In this document: in pieces, positions 39,159 through 48,367 of the stretch | Layout: each line of letters opens with the position of its first letter | Position numbering within the stretch: the first letter of the stretch is position 1 | Source of the DNA: Longimicrobiales bacterium | GTDB taxonomy: Bacteria; Gemmatimonadota; Gemmatimonadetes; Longimicrobiales; Gaopeijiaceae | Direction of reading: 5' to 3' | DNA length: 64,000 bases | Assembly (NCBI GenBank): GCA_965204735.1 | Contig: OZ242008.1 | Location: 768,001 to 832,000, forward strand | Translations under genes and position numbers: made by a program | The notes under the pieces: generated by a model | What the model was told of the DNA's origin: nothing | What the model saw: only the letters and a program-made list of their open reading frames with translations | The model's database searches: none

Positions 39159-41233
39159 CCTTCTTCTCGACAACCGCGACGCTCCTCCCGTCGAAAGGCC
39201 GTCGCCTCCCCTTCCTCGCGGCTTTCGCCGGCTTGACCGCGACGGTCGTTCTGGCCGCGTGCTCGCCCCGGTACGGAAGCCCGGCCGGCGAAGCGGCCCC
39301 CGTCGCCGTCCAGTCCGGAGCGGCCGCGACGGCCATGGTGCCGACCCTGGCGCCCGTTCCCGCCGCCGCCGACCCGCCCTCGCCCGATCCTCGCGTGGGA
39401 CTTGCGCCGGGCATGTTCGACGCCGGCGAGGCGATCTGGAACCTGCGGCTGGTCTCGACGACCCCTCCCGAGGAGCCCTTCGTCGGCCAGACCAACTCGG
39501 ACTTGGCCTTCACGGGCAACTACGCGATCCAGGGCAACTACGACGGCATCCAGGTGTGGGACATCTCGAACCCGGCCCAACCCGCTTCGGTGATCACCTA
39601 CGTCTGCCCGGCGTCCCAGAGCGACGTGTCGGTGCACGAGAACCTTCTCTTCGTCTCCGGCGAGGGCCTGAGCGGCCGGCTCGACTGCGGCGACCAGGGC
39701 GTCGAAGAAGCCGTCAGCCACCACCGGCTGCGGGGCATCCGCATCTTCGACATCTCCGACATCACCGCGCCCGAGTACGTCGCCAACGTCCAGACCTGCC
39801 GAGGCTCCCACACCCACACCGTCCTGAAGCACCCGGGCGACGAAGAGAACGTCTACATCTACGTCTCCGGCTCGGCCGGCGTGCGCCCGGCCGAGGAGCT
39901 GGCGGGATGCTCGGGCCTGTCCCCGGAGGAGGACCCGAACTCGGCCCTCTTCCGCATCGAGGTGATCCGGGTGCCGCTGGACGACCCGCAGAGCGCAGCG
40001 ATCGTGAGCTCGCCCCGCATCTTCCAGGACTTGGTGGCGCCGCCTCGCCACGGGCCGTCGCAGGCCGACCTGGCGGAGGTGGAAGCGGCCCGCGAGAGAG
40101 GGGCCTTCGTGGTGGAGATTCCGGGACAAGGTCCGCAGGTGGTGCCCGACCGGTTCGTCGAGCAGATGCTGCAGCAGATCGTGAGTCAGAGGGGAGGCGA
40201 GGGCGAGGCGACGGCGGCCGACAGCGCCGCGCTGCGGGGAAGGCTGAGCGCCATGGCGGCTCAGCAGGCGTCCAACCAGTCGGACGAGGACGGTCCTGCC
40301 CCCGGCCCCACCCAGTGCCACGACATCACGGTCTACCCCGCCATCGGCATGGCCGGGGGCGCCTGCGGGGGCTACGGCCTGCTGATCGACATCCGGGACC
40401 CGGTCAACCCCCGGCGCCTGGCCGCAGTGGCCGACTCCAACTTCGCCTACTGGCACTCCGCCACCTTCAACAACGACGGCACCGCCATTCTCTTCACCGA
40501 CGAGTGGGGCGGGGGCGGAGCGCCCAAGTGCCGCGAGGGAGACCCCATGGAGTGGGGCGCCAACGCCATCTTCACCATCGAAGACGACGAGATGGTCTTC
40601 CACAGCTACTTCAAGATCCCCGCGGCCCAGACGTCGCTGGAGAACTGCGTGGCCCACAACGGGTCGCTCATCCCGATCCCCGGTCGCGACATCATGATCC
40701 AGGGGTGGTACCAGGGCGGCATCTCGCTGATCGACTGGACCGACCCGACCAACCCCACGGAGATCGCCTACTTCGACCGCGGGCCGCTCAACCCGGAGCG
40801 CATGGAGATGGCCGGCAGCTGGTCCGTGTACTGGTACAACGGACTGATCGTCAACTCGGAGATCGCTCGCGGGCTCGACATCCTCGAGCTGGCGCCCAGC
40901 GAAGTCCTCACCCAGAACGAGATCGACGCGGCCAACTCGGTGCGCCTCGACCAGCTCAACTCCCAGGGCCAGCCAATCTTCGAGTGGCCGGCGACCTTCG
41001 CCCTGGCCCGCGCCTACGTGGACCAGCTGGTGCGCTCCGGCGGACTGTCCACGCCCCGTCTGGGCGAAGTCCTGGGCGCCCTGTCCGATGCCGAGTCCGC
41101 TTCCGGCGACTCCCGGCGGAGCGCCCTGCGAGCCTTGGCCGACGCGCTGGCCATGGACAGCGGTCGGTCCACCGACGCCGCCAAGGTGGAGAAGCTGGCG
41201 GACGCGGTTCGGCGGCTGGCCGACGCCGACTGA
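39155..41233 (+). CDS. LVIVD-repeat (beta-propeller) lipoprotein
   Basis: Lipobox LAAC, NSDLAF, QGNY.G..VWDIS, CRGSHTHT, QCHDITV, WHSATF, DEWGGG, NCVAHNG. Confidence 0.82.
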   Translation: MTFFSTTATLLPSKGRRLPFLAAFAGLTATVVLAACSPRYGSPAGEAAPVAVQSGAAATAMVPTLAPVPAAADPPSPDPRVGLAPGMFDAGEAIWNLRLVSTTPPEEPFVGQTNSDLAFTGNYAIQGNYDGIQVWDISNPAQPASVITYVCPASQSDVSVHENLLFVSGEGLSGRLDCGDQGVEEAVSHHRLRGIRIFDISDITAPEYVANVQTCRGSHTHTVLKHPGDEENVYIYVSGSAGVRPAEELAGCSGLSPEEDPNSALFRIEVIRVPLDDPQSAAIVSSPRIFQDLVAPPRHGPSQADLAEVEAARERGAFVVEIPGQGPQVVPDRFVEQMLQQIVSQRGGEGEATAADSAALRGRLSAMAAQQASNQSDEDGPAPGPTQCHDITVYPAIGMAGGACGGYGLLIDIRDPVNPRRLAAVADSNFAYWHSATFNNDGTAILFTDEWGGGGAPKCREGDPMEWGANAIFTIEDDEMVFHSYFKIPAAQTSLENCVAHNGSLIPIPGRDIMIQGWYQGGISLIDWTDPTNPTEIAYFDRGPLNPERMEMAGSWSVYWYNGLIVNSEIARGLDILELAPSEVLTQNEIDAANSVRLDQLNSQGQPIFEWPATFALARAYVDQLVRSGGLSTPRLGEVLGALSDAESASGDSRRSALRALADALAMDSGRSTDAAKVEKLADAVRRLADAD

Positions 41234-41272
41234 CCTTCTCCCAGGACTGCCCTTCGGTTCTGCCCGAAGCCA

Positions 41273-41315
41273 CGCCCGTCCGCCGCCCGGAGCCGTCCGG
41301 TGCGGCGGGCGGGCG
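41273..41315. terminator. GC-rich stem-loop between convergent genes
   Basis: CGCCCGTCCGCCGC-CCGGA-GCCG-TCCGG-T-GCGGCGGGCGGGCG. Confidence 0.5.
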
Positions 41316-41337
41316 CGGCGCTGGTCCTCGGTGGCCC

Positions 41338-42210
41338 TCAGCGCATCCCCAGAGCTACGCCGGCCCGGAAGATCACCATGTTGGTCTCGCTGGTGATCGG
41401 AGTGAAGCGGCTGCCTCCCCTGCGGTACTCCGTCACTGTGGGGCTGCTGGTCAGGTACTCGGTCTCGCCGTTGTACTGGTAGGACGCCCCCAGCTCCAGC
41501 GACACGGGGTTGACGCCGCGGGAGAGTCGTATCGAGAAGCCGCCCCCGCCCGTGAGCGCCAAGCTGGTGTCGTGCAGGTTCGTGGTCGATGCGATGTCCT
41601 CGTTTCGGTGGGTGCCGGCGACCGTGGTCTCGGTGGCGAAGTAGGAGACGCCCACCGTTCCGTAGACGTAGGGCCGCACCGGTCCGGTCGCCAAGTACAC
41701 CTGCGGACCGATGCCCCCCGACACGATGAAGTTGCTGGTGCGCACGTCCACCGACACCTCGGGAACCGTGACGCTGAAGGGCCTCTGCTCCGACCTGTAG
41801 CCGTAGAGGAGGAAGGCGCCGTCGGCTCGCACGCCGATCATCCCGGCGTTGTCCAGCAGCCACACGCCCGCCAGGCCGCCGCCTCCGCCCACGTCCACGT
41901 TGCTGCGGAACTCGTCGACCGGCAGGGCCAGGGCGCCGAAGAACCCGAACTCGCCCTTCGTCCGCGCCGGCTCGCCGGACGACTGGACCGCGCCGAAGCG
42001 CGGGGGGCTGGACTGGAGCGCCGCCCCGTCCGCAGGCGTCGCCGCCAGGGTCGCCGCCGCTCCGGCCGCGACCGCGACCGCCGTCGCCCTAGCCGCCCCG
42101 ATGCGCCTGCCCAGGCTGGCCGTCGCCGCCCTAGCCGTCCCGACGCCCTTCTCCCTGCCCGTCGCCGGCTTCGCCGCCGCCTCGGGCCGACCTTCTCTCG
42201 TACCGAACAT
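41338..42210 (-). CDS. Putative outer-membrane beta-barrel protein
   Basis: GAGGAG RBS, signal-like hydrophobic stretch, Gly/aromatic amphipathic strands (VRPYVYGTVGVSYF; IFRAGVALG). Confidence 0.7.
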   Translation of the reverse strand: MFGTREGRPEAAAKPATGREKGVGTARAATASLGRRIGAARATAVAVAAGAAATLAATPADGAALQSSPPRFGAVQSSGEPARTKGEFGFFGALALPVDEFRSNVDVGGGGGLAGVWLLDNAGMIGVRADGAFLLYGYRSEQRPFSVTVPEVSVDVRTSNFIVSGGIGPQVYLATGPVRPYVYGTVGVSYFATETTVAGTHRNEDIASTTNLHDTSLALTGGGGFSIRLSRGVNPVSLELGASYQYNGETEYLTSSPTVTEYRRGGSRFTPITSETNMVIFRAGVALGMR

Positions 42211-42234
42211 CTCTCGCTCCTCTTGCCTGTTTCG

Positions 42235-42366
42235 CCGGTCCAGCACTTCGCCGGGCCGGGCGCCCGTCGCCGTGCCTTCGTCCATCGTGAACCGGCCGTT
42301 GACCATGACGTGCCTGATACCCGTGGGGGCCGATCGGGTTCCATGAGCTCGCGGTCGGGCGATGGT
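42235..42366 (-). pseudogene. Frameshifted 3' remnant of a D-aminoacylase-type amidohydrolase
   Basis: TIA/DRELMEPDR/PTGIRHVMVNGRFTMDEGTATGARPGEVL resembles the C-terminus of the intact paralog at 1883-3550. Confidence 0.7.
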
Positions 42367-42393
42367 GGGCCAAGCTAGGCAGCCGGCTGGTCG

Positions 42394-43641
42394 CTAGCGA
42401 AACCGCGGTCCGCGCCCGATGTCCTTCTCGCAGGGCGCAGACCCCTCCCAGGGCGCAGACTCCTCCCGTGGGGCGGCTGCCTGCCGGAGCGCGGCCTCGA
42501 TCTCTTCCGCGACCCCCGCGTCCGTTTCCGCTGCGCGCCGCCCCCGCAGCGCCGCCAGCGCCTCTGCCGACCCGACGCGCCCCAGGGCCCAGGCGGCGTG
42601 GGCGCGCACTACGGCCGCCGGATCGCCCAGGGCCGCCGCAAGGGTCGGCGCCGCCTCGGGCGATCCCCAGTTGCCCAGCGCCACGCACACGTTGCGGAGC
42701 ATTCCCTTGCGCCCCGCCCGCAACAGGGGCGATCCGGCGAACTCGCGCTGGAAGCCCTTGCCGGAGATGGCCAGCAGCCGGCCCGCCAGCTCCAACAGCG
42801 AAGGACGGTCCAGGTCGTGGCGCGGGCCGTAGCGGGCCTCGCGGGTCGGCGTCGCGAACCTCTCGTTCCAGGGACACGCCTCCTGGCAGATGTCGCAGCC
42901 GAACACCCGGGCGCCGATCGCGGGGCGGAGGGCCCGGGGGATCGTCCCCCGCAGCTCGATGGTCAGGTAGGAGATGCATCGGCGGGCGTCCATCACCGGG
43001 GCGCCGGTCTCGTCGCGGCCCAGGAGAGCGCCGGTCGGGCAGGCGTCCAGGCACCGCCGGCAGCTCCCGCAGTGATCCTCGCGAAAGGGCGCCGAGGGCT
43101 GAAGCGGCAGGTCCGTCAGGAGCGCGCCCAAGAAGAAGTAGGAGCCGCGCCGGGGGTGGATCAGCATGGTGTTCCTGCCGAACCACCCCAGCCCGGCGCG
43201 CCGCGCCAGGTCGCGCTCCAGAACCGGGCCCGCGTCCACGTACGCCCTGCAGCGCACCCGCGTCCCCGCCGCCCTCCGCAGCCGCTCGGCCAGCGCCTCC
43301 AGCCGCTCCCCCACGACGCGATGGTAGTCGCCTCCCCTCGCGTAGCGGGCGACCACGGCCCGCGACGGGTCGCCGGCGCCCGCGGTCGGATCGTCGTCGG
43401 CGTAGGAGTGGGCGACGACGACCGCGCTCCGGAAGCTCTCCAGCGTCAGCTTCAGGTCGCCTCGGCGCGCCAGCGCGTCGGGCCGGGCCAAGTACGCCAT
43501 CTCGCCGTGGAGATCCGCTCGAATCCACTGCCGGAAGTGGGCGAAGTGGCTGCTTCGGCTTCCCGTGGCGATCCCGGCCATGTCGAACCCGAGGGCGATC
43601 GCCTCGGCGACGACTCGCTCCGAGTCCACTCGGTCGTTCAC
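42394..43641 (-). CDS. queG: Epoxyqueuosine reductase
   Basis: HGEMAYL, ARYARGGDYH, YVDAGPVLER, CGSCRRCLDACPTGA, CISYLTIE, GCDICQEACPWN, HEAT tail. Confidence 0.95.
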   Translation of the reverse strand: MNDRVDSERVVAEAIALGFDMAGIATGSRSSHFAHFRQWIRADLHGEMAYLARPDALARRGDLKLTLESFRSAVVVAHSYADDDPTAGAGDPSRAVVARYARGGDYHRVVGERLEALAERLRRAAGTRVRCRAYVDAGPVLERDLARRAGLGWFGRNTMLIHPRRGSYFFLGALLTDLPLQPSAPFREDHCGSCRRCLDACPTGALLGRDETGAPVMDARRCISYLTIELRGTIPRALRPAIGARVFGCDICQEACPWNERFATPTREARYGPRHDLDRPSLLELAGRLLAISGKGFQREFAGSPLLRAGRKGMLRNVCVALGNWGSPEAAPTLAAALGDPAAVVRAHAAWALGRVGSAEALAALRGRRAAETDAGVAEEIEAALRQAAAPREESAPWEGSAPCEKDIGRGPRFR

Positions 43642-43703
43642 CCTGCGCCCAGTCTCGGCGTGCAGCCCCAGCCGGCCGAGCCCGACCCCAGCCGGCCCAG
43701 CCC

Positions 43704-44858
43704 CTAGCCGCCCGTCCGCGCCTGGTAGACCCGGCCCTTCCAACTGACCCGCCGCCCTCGCGCCAAGCTGTCCAGGACCGTGCACCCCACGACCAGCGCC
43801 GAGAGCGGTTGAAGCAGCCCGTGGAGCGGCGACACGCGGAAGAACCGGCCGATCTGCGCCGACAGCGCCATGTTGGCCATGCACGCCGACCCGGCCCAGA
43901 GCAGGAACGGCGCTTCCGCGCCGGCCGCCGCGCCCCACAGCAGCGCCCCGAAAGGGAGCTGGTAGACCACCGCGAGCCCCAGCACGAACACGAGCACAGC
44001 CGGCCCAGCCGTCGGCCCCAGCACCATCTGCGCGCCCACGACGATGTTCTTGGACCACCCGCGCACCATCTCCCCCAGGGAGCGGTACATGCGCGTCGCG
44101 AACACGCCCCTCGCTCCCCGGATCACCACAGCGTGCCCCTCGCGGGTCATGATCTGGGCCAGCCGCAAGTCCTCCACGACGGCGGCGCTGGCGGCCCGGT
44201 GCCCTCCGACCGACTCGTAGGCTTTCCGTCGCACCAAGATGAACTGGCCGTTGGCGACGGCCTTCCGCCACCGCGATTGCTGGAAGGGGTGCCTGGTGGC
44301 CGGATACGCCTGGGCGACCAGAAAGACGAACAAGGGCTGGGCGAGCCGCTCCCAGAAGGTTCCCGTCTCCTGATCCCCCGAGACGGAGAGGAGGTCCGCG
44401 CCGTCCTCCTTCATACCCGCCACGGCCCGTCCCAGCAGGTCTGGAGCGTGCCACGTGTCGGCGTCGGTGAAGAGCAGCAGCTCCCCCCGCGCGGCCCCCA
44501 CGCCTTGATGGCACGCCCAGGGCTTGCCGGTCCAGTCGGGAGGCAGCTCCGCACCACGCACCACGCGCACCGAATCCGCGCGGCCCCTCGCCGCTCTCTC
44601 CGCCGCCTCGGCTGTGCGGTCGTCGGAGCGGTCGTCCACCACGATCACCTCGAAGCCGCCCTCGTACCGGGACGCGCACAGAGAACGGGCGCAGCGCCCG
44701 ATGTTCCTGGCCTCGTTCCTCGCCGGCACGATCACCGACACGAAGGGACCGGCGCTGGACTCCTCCGGCAGCGGACGCGGCAACTTGAGCCGCAGGAGCA
44801 AGAAGGCCCCCGCGGCCCACCAGGGAATCGAGAGCGCCAAGGCGGTCGTCCAGGACAT
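43704..44858 (-). CDS. Family 2 glycosyltransferase (CrtQ/HpnB-like)
   Basis: VIVPARNE, VDDRSDD, WTGKPWAC, FTDAD, ANGQFI, VEDLRLA, RMY, SWKGR. Confidence 0.88.
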   Translation of the reverse strand: MSWTTALALSIPWWAAGAFLLLRLKLPRPLPEESSAGPFVSVIVPARNEARNIGRCARSLCASRYEGGFEVIVVDDRSDDRTAEAAERAARGRADSVRVVRGAELPPDWTGKPWACHQGVGAARGELLLFTDADTWHAPDLLGRAVAGMKEDGADLLSVSGDQETGTFWERLAQPLFVFLVAQAYPATRHPFQQSRWRKAVANGQFILVRRKAYESVGGHRAASAAVVEDLRLAQIMTREGHAVVIRGARGVFATRMYRSLGEMVRGWSKNIVVGAQMVLGPTAGPAVLVFVLGLAVVYQLPFGALLWGAAAGAEAPFLLWAGSACMANMALSAQIGRFFRVSPLHGLLQPLSALVVGCTVLDSLARGRRVSWKGRVYQARTGG

Positions 44859-44959
44859 CGCGTCGTCGTCTTCCGCGCGTTGCAGAGCCGCCCCTCGCCG
44901 GCGGCGCGGGTGCGCCGGGCGCGGGCGCGGAGTGCCGAGAGCCCGTAAGCTTCATCCCC

Positions 44960-46129
44960 ATGAACATCCAGCGCATTCGGAAGCGGTTCCCGATCCTCCG
45001 TTGCCGAAACTACTTGAATTCGTGCTCGCTGGGGGCGCTGTCGGACCGCTCCGAGGAACGTCTGGGCGACTTCGCCAAGTTGTGGCACGAGCTCGGAGCC
45101 GCGGCTTGGTACGACCACTGGTGGAGCGCGCTGGCCGAGCTGCGACGGCGGGTGGAGGCGCTCTTCGCGGCCCCGGAGGGAACGGTGGCGCTCCTGCCGT
45201 CCACCTCCGTCTGCCTGGCGGTGGCGGCGTCGAGCCTGGCGCAGGGCCCCCGGAGCAAGCGAAATCGCATCGTCGCCACCGAGCTGGACTTCCCCACGCT
45301 CCTCTACCAGTGGAAGGTGCGGCCGGAAGCCGAGCTCGTGGTGCTCGAGAGCCCGGACGGGATCGGCGTCGATCTCCAGCAGTTCGCCGACGCCGTGGAC
45401 GACCGGACCCTGGCCGTCGCCACCAGCCACGTCTTCTTCGCCACGGGAGCGGTCCAGGACTTGGCGGCGATTGCCGAGATCGCCCACAGGGCGGGCGCCT
45501 TCGCCATCGTCGACGGATACCAAGGCGCGGGCCAGCTCCCCGTGGACCTCCCCGCGACCCAGGTGGACTTCTACACGGCGGGGCCCCTGAAGTGGCTCTG
45601 CGGCGGCCCAGGGCTGGCGTACCTCTACGTCCGCGCGGATCTCGCCGGCAGCTTGACGCCCAGCATCACCGGCTGGTTCGCCTCCCAGGACCAGTTTCGC
45701 TTCAGCCCCGGCGAGTTCCGCTGCCACGACGACGCGCGCCGCTTCGAGATGGGCACGCCGGCCCTCCCGACCGTTCACACGGCACTGGGGGGACAGGAGA
45801 TCGTGGACCAGGCGGGCGTCCCGGCGATCCGCTCCCGCAACCTGCTGCTGGCGGACCGGCTGGCCGACGGATGCCGGGCGGCAGGTTTTCGGGTTCCGAC
45901 GGCGTTGGACCCGGTGAGCCGGTCGGCGATCGTTCCCGTGGTCCACCCGTCGCCGGCGGAGGCCGTGGAGCAGCTGGCCGAGAAGGGGATCGTCGTGGAC
46001 CACCGGCCGGGAGTGGTGCGCGCCAGCCCTCACTTCTACAACACGATCGAGGAAGTGGACGCGTTCGTGGCGACTCTGTCGGCCTTGGAACTCCCGCGGC
46101 AGGACTCGAACCTGCGACCCGACGGTTAA
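44960..46129 (+). CDS. Class V PLP-dependent enzyme (kynureninase/cysteine desulfurase-like)
   Basis: YLNSCSLG, DFPT, VDGYQGAG, GPLKWLCGGPG, RFEMGTP, RASPHFYNT. Confidence 0.9.
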   Translation: MNIQRIRKRFPILRCRNYLNSCSLGALSDRSEERLGDFAKLWHELGAAAWYDHWWSALAELRRRVEALFAAPEGTVALLPSTSVCLAVAASSLAQGPRSKRNRIVATELDFPTLLYQWKVRPEAELVVLESPDGIGVDLQQFADAVDDRTLAVATSHVFFATGAVQDLAAIAEIAHRAGAFAIVDGYQGAGQLPVDLPATQVDFYTAGPLKWLCGGPGLAYLYVRADLAGSLTPSITGWFASQDQFRFSPGEFRCHDDARRFEMGTPALPTVHTALGGQEIVDQAGVPAIRSRNLLLADRLADGCRAAGFRVPTALDPVSRSAIVPVVHPSPAEAVEQLAEKGIVVDHRPGVVRASPHFYNTIEEVDAFVATLSALELPRQDSNLRPDG

Positions 46130-46163
46130 CAGCCGTCTGCTCTACCAGCTGAGCTACGCGGGA
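46091..46163 (-). tRNA. tRNA-Asn (GTT), CCA not encoded
   Basis: TCCCGCG-TA-GCTCAGCTGGTAGAGC-A-GACGG-CTGTTAA-CCGTC-GGGTC-GCAGG-TTCGAGT-CCTGC-CGCGGGA-G forms a full cloverleaf. Confidence 0.97.
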
Positions 46164-46216
46164 TCAAAGTGAAAGGTAGCCGAAAAAGCTGGCGCAATTC
46201 CGGGGCGGAGGCAACT

Positions 46217-46232
46217 CCAGCCACAGGAGAAG
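46217..46232. repeat. Left copy of the 16-bp target-site duplication
   Basis: CCAGCCACAGGAGAAG, identical at 48093-48108. Confidence 0.95.
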
Positions 46233-48092
46233 TGTCAAGCCAAAGTAGAAATGTCCGGTAGTTGGCCAAAGTAGAAATGTCCCCCCTGATGGTGTGGACG
46301 GTGGGTTCTTCCTGAGGCCGGGGGCCAGGTGTCGGGCGCAGGACACGCGGATCCAGCAAGCCTGGGCTGGACGGCGCCGGGCGCCCTGTTCCGGGCGCTT
46401 CAAGGCCAGTGGCGGCCGGGCGAGTCGAGGTCGTCGCCGTGGCCAAGCTCTGGCCGGGTGGACGCCAACGCGGACGGGTCCGGACACTGCTGCCCCGATG
46501 GCTCGCAGTTCGCACTGAGCCTGCCAGCTCGGACGGTCGTGGTGCGCCGAGCGACCTGCGCAGCGCCGGCAAGCCTCGGAGGCACGGATGCCGACACTGC
46601 GGTCGCGTCCGACCTTTGCGGGAAGGGGGGTGCGAGCCGCCGTCCCCGCCTGCGGGCTCAGGACGAGGTCCTGCACCGCTCGGGACCGGTCCCGTTGGAG
46701 TGGGCGGCGCGGTGTTCCCGCTTGGCCACGGCCTGGGCCACGCTGGCGCTGAAGTGCTTGCGCCACGGGTGATCCCTTCCCGGCTTCGGCGGCTTGGGCC
46801 TGGGCTTGGCCGTCGCGGGCGCGGGCGCCGGCTTGGGCGTCGCCGACCGGACCGCCCCCAAGGCCTTGGGCGTCAGGTAGCAGCCGCGATGCCGGAAGCG
46901 CAGCTCGCCCGAGAGGCGCCGTTCGACGACGACGGGGGAGCCCGGCGCGACGCCGGCCGCCTCGGCGTCGCGGGCCGTGACCTGCCAGAAGCGGTTCTCG
47001 AAGCGCACGGTGAAGTCGCGGGCCACGACCCGCGTGTCCGTCTCGGCGAAGAGGGCTTCCAGATCGATGTCCTGAGGCAGCGGGCGATGGGCGTCGAGGG
47101 GATCGGCCGGCGCCACCGTGAAGCGTTCGTTCCAGAACGGAACCCACCGCTCCTCCAAGTAGCGGTTCGCCGCATCGAGCGTGGTGACTCGCGCCAAGCG
47201 CATCTCTTTGACCAGCCGGTCCTGCGCCGTGCCGAACGTCCGCTCGACCCGGCCCTTCGCCTGCGGCGAGTTCGCCAGGATCACCTCGACGCCCAGCTTC
47301 TCCAGCGCCGTGCCGATGATCGTCCGGGTCCGCTTGCCCTCCGGGCCGAGGCGCTGCCCGAAGTGGCCCGCGTGGTCCACGTATACCGCCCTCGGCCGTC
47401 CGTGGCGTTCGAGGCACTCGACGATCGCTCGCCGATTCGCGGCGCCCGTGTCGCGCTCGACGAAGCGACCGTGCATGAACCCGCTCGTCGCGTCGTCGTG
47501 CAGCGCGATCAGCACGAGGTCGGGCGGCCCCCGGTCTTCAAGCCAGGCGTGAACCGAGCTGTCCCACTGGAGCAGCTCGCCCCGCGCGGCGCGACGCGGC
47601 CGTCGGCGCCGGTGCTTCGCCCGCTTGCGCTTGCGCTGCCACAAGCCCGCGCCCTTCCGCCATGCCCGCAGCGTCTCCGCGCTGACGCGCACGCCCAGCT
47701 CCCGCTCGACGTGCTCCGCCAGAAACGTGGCGCCGAAGTCGGCGTAGTCGGGGTCCCTGGCCATGACCAGCACCTGCTCCCGCGTCTCCGACGGCAGCGA
47801 CCGGTTCGACCTCCGACCCCGGAGCCCGTGCACGACCACCTCGTCGCCCGCCGCCTCGAACCGGCGGCGCACGCGCCGGAAGTGACGCTCCGTCACCCCG
47901 AAGCGCGCCGCGCCGTCGGCCGCCGCCAGCACGCCTTCGCTCACCTGCCTCAACACCGAGATCCGGTCCCGCTCCTTCAAGCTCAACTCCATTCGCTCCT
48001 CTCCCGAGCACGAGTTCGACTCCCGCCGAACATCGCCCGAAAGAGGACATTTCTATCTTGGTAAGACCGGACATTTCTAAATTGGTACGACA
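46233..48092 (-). mobile_element. Complete IS1202-family (formerly ISNCY) insertion sequence, 1860 bp
   Basis: TGT...ACA ends. Each end carries two CCAAnnTAGAAATGTCC boxes (46233-46282; 48045-48092). DDE transposase and 16-bp flanking direct repeat. Confidence 0.92.
46658..47992 (-). CDS. IS1202/ISNCY-type DDE transposase
   Basis: N-terminal HTH, HGLRGR.SN, GELLQWDSS.H.W, YVDH, SPQAKGRVER, QDRL, DHPWR. Confidence 0.93.
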   Translation of the reverse strand: MELSLKERDRISVLRQVSEGVLAAADGAARFGVTERHFRRVRRRFEAAGDEVVVHGLRGRRSNRSLPSETREQVLVMARDPDYADFGATFLAEHVERELGVRVSAETLRAWRKGAGLWQRKRKRAKHRRRRPRRAARGELLQWDSSVHAWLEDRGPPDLVLIALHDDATSGFMHGRFVERDTGAANRRAIVECLERHGRPRAVYVDHAGHFGQRLGPEGKRTRTIIGTALEKLGVEVILANSPQAKGRVERTFGTAQDRLVKEMRLARVTTLDAANRYLEERWVPFWNERFTVAPADPLDAHRPLPQDIDLEALFAETDTRVVARDFTVRFENRFWQVTARDAEAAGVAPGSPVVVERRLSGELRFRHRGCYLTPKALGAVRSATPKPAPAPATAKPRPKPPKPGRDHPWRKHFSASVAQAVAKREHRAAHSNGTGPERCRTSS

Positions 48093-48108
48093 CCAGCCAC
48101 AGGAGAAG
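48093..48108. repeat. Right copy of the 16-bp target-site duplication
   Basis: CCAGCCACAGGAGAAG. Confidence 0.95.
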
Positions 48109-48330
48109 GCTCCAGCCCCCAAGGGAAGGCCCCGCCCGCGGTCCCCCTCGCCCCTGCCGTCGCCCTCGCGCCGGCGATCGCAGCGAGGAGCCCCGGAGCC
48201 GCGTCCAGCCTCCGCAGAGGCGCGAGTCCCAGCCGAGACGGTCGAAGCGGTCGGCGGTCGGCTGGCCAGCCTCCGCAGAGACGCGAGTTCCCGCCCTGAA
48301 GGACGTGAACGCTGCGCCGTCGGCGTGCGC

Positions 48331-48360
48331 TTGCTCCCTTCGGAAACATTTGGTTATCGT
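48331..48360 (+). promoter_or_regulatory. Candidate sigma70 promoter, leaderless-type spacing to ATG 48368
   Basis: TTGCTC-N18-TATCGT, 7 nt before the ATG. Confidence 0.5.
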
Positions 48361-48367
48361 TGCTGTC

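Noticed and set aside
38609..41863. Very long antisense or alternate-frame ORFs (also 6452-8968, 31802-34591, 53912-56623)
   Set aside because: Shadow ORFs expected from high GC3 bias, opposite or overlapping well-supported genes, with no motifs.
46164..46232. Xer/dif-site targeting by the IS
   Set aside because: No dif-like site flanks the element, and the DR is 16 bp rather than the short DR of the Xer-targeting subgroup.
46091..48108. tRNA-anchored genomic island or prophage
   Set aside because: No integrase and no duplicated tRNA 3' end. The IS lies on the 5' side of the tRNA.
48205..48295. Two ~28-bp repeats 61 bp apart (a similar geometry occurs at 52363/52424), resembling a mini-CRISPR
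   Set aside because: Only two imperfect copies, the two loci are unrelated in sequence, and there is no leader or cas gene. Fits the general micro-duplication pattern.
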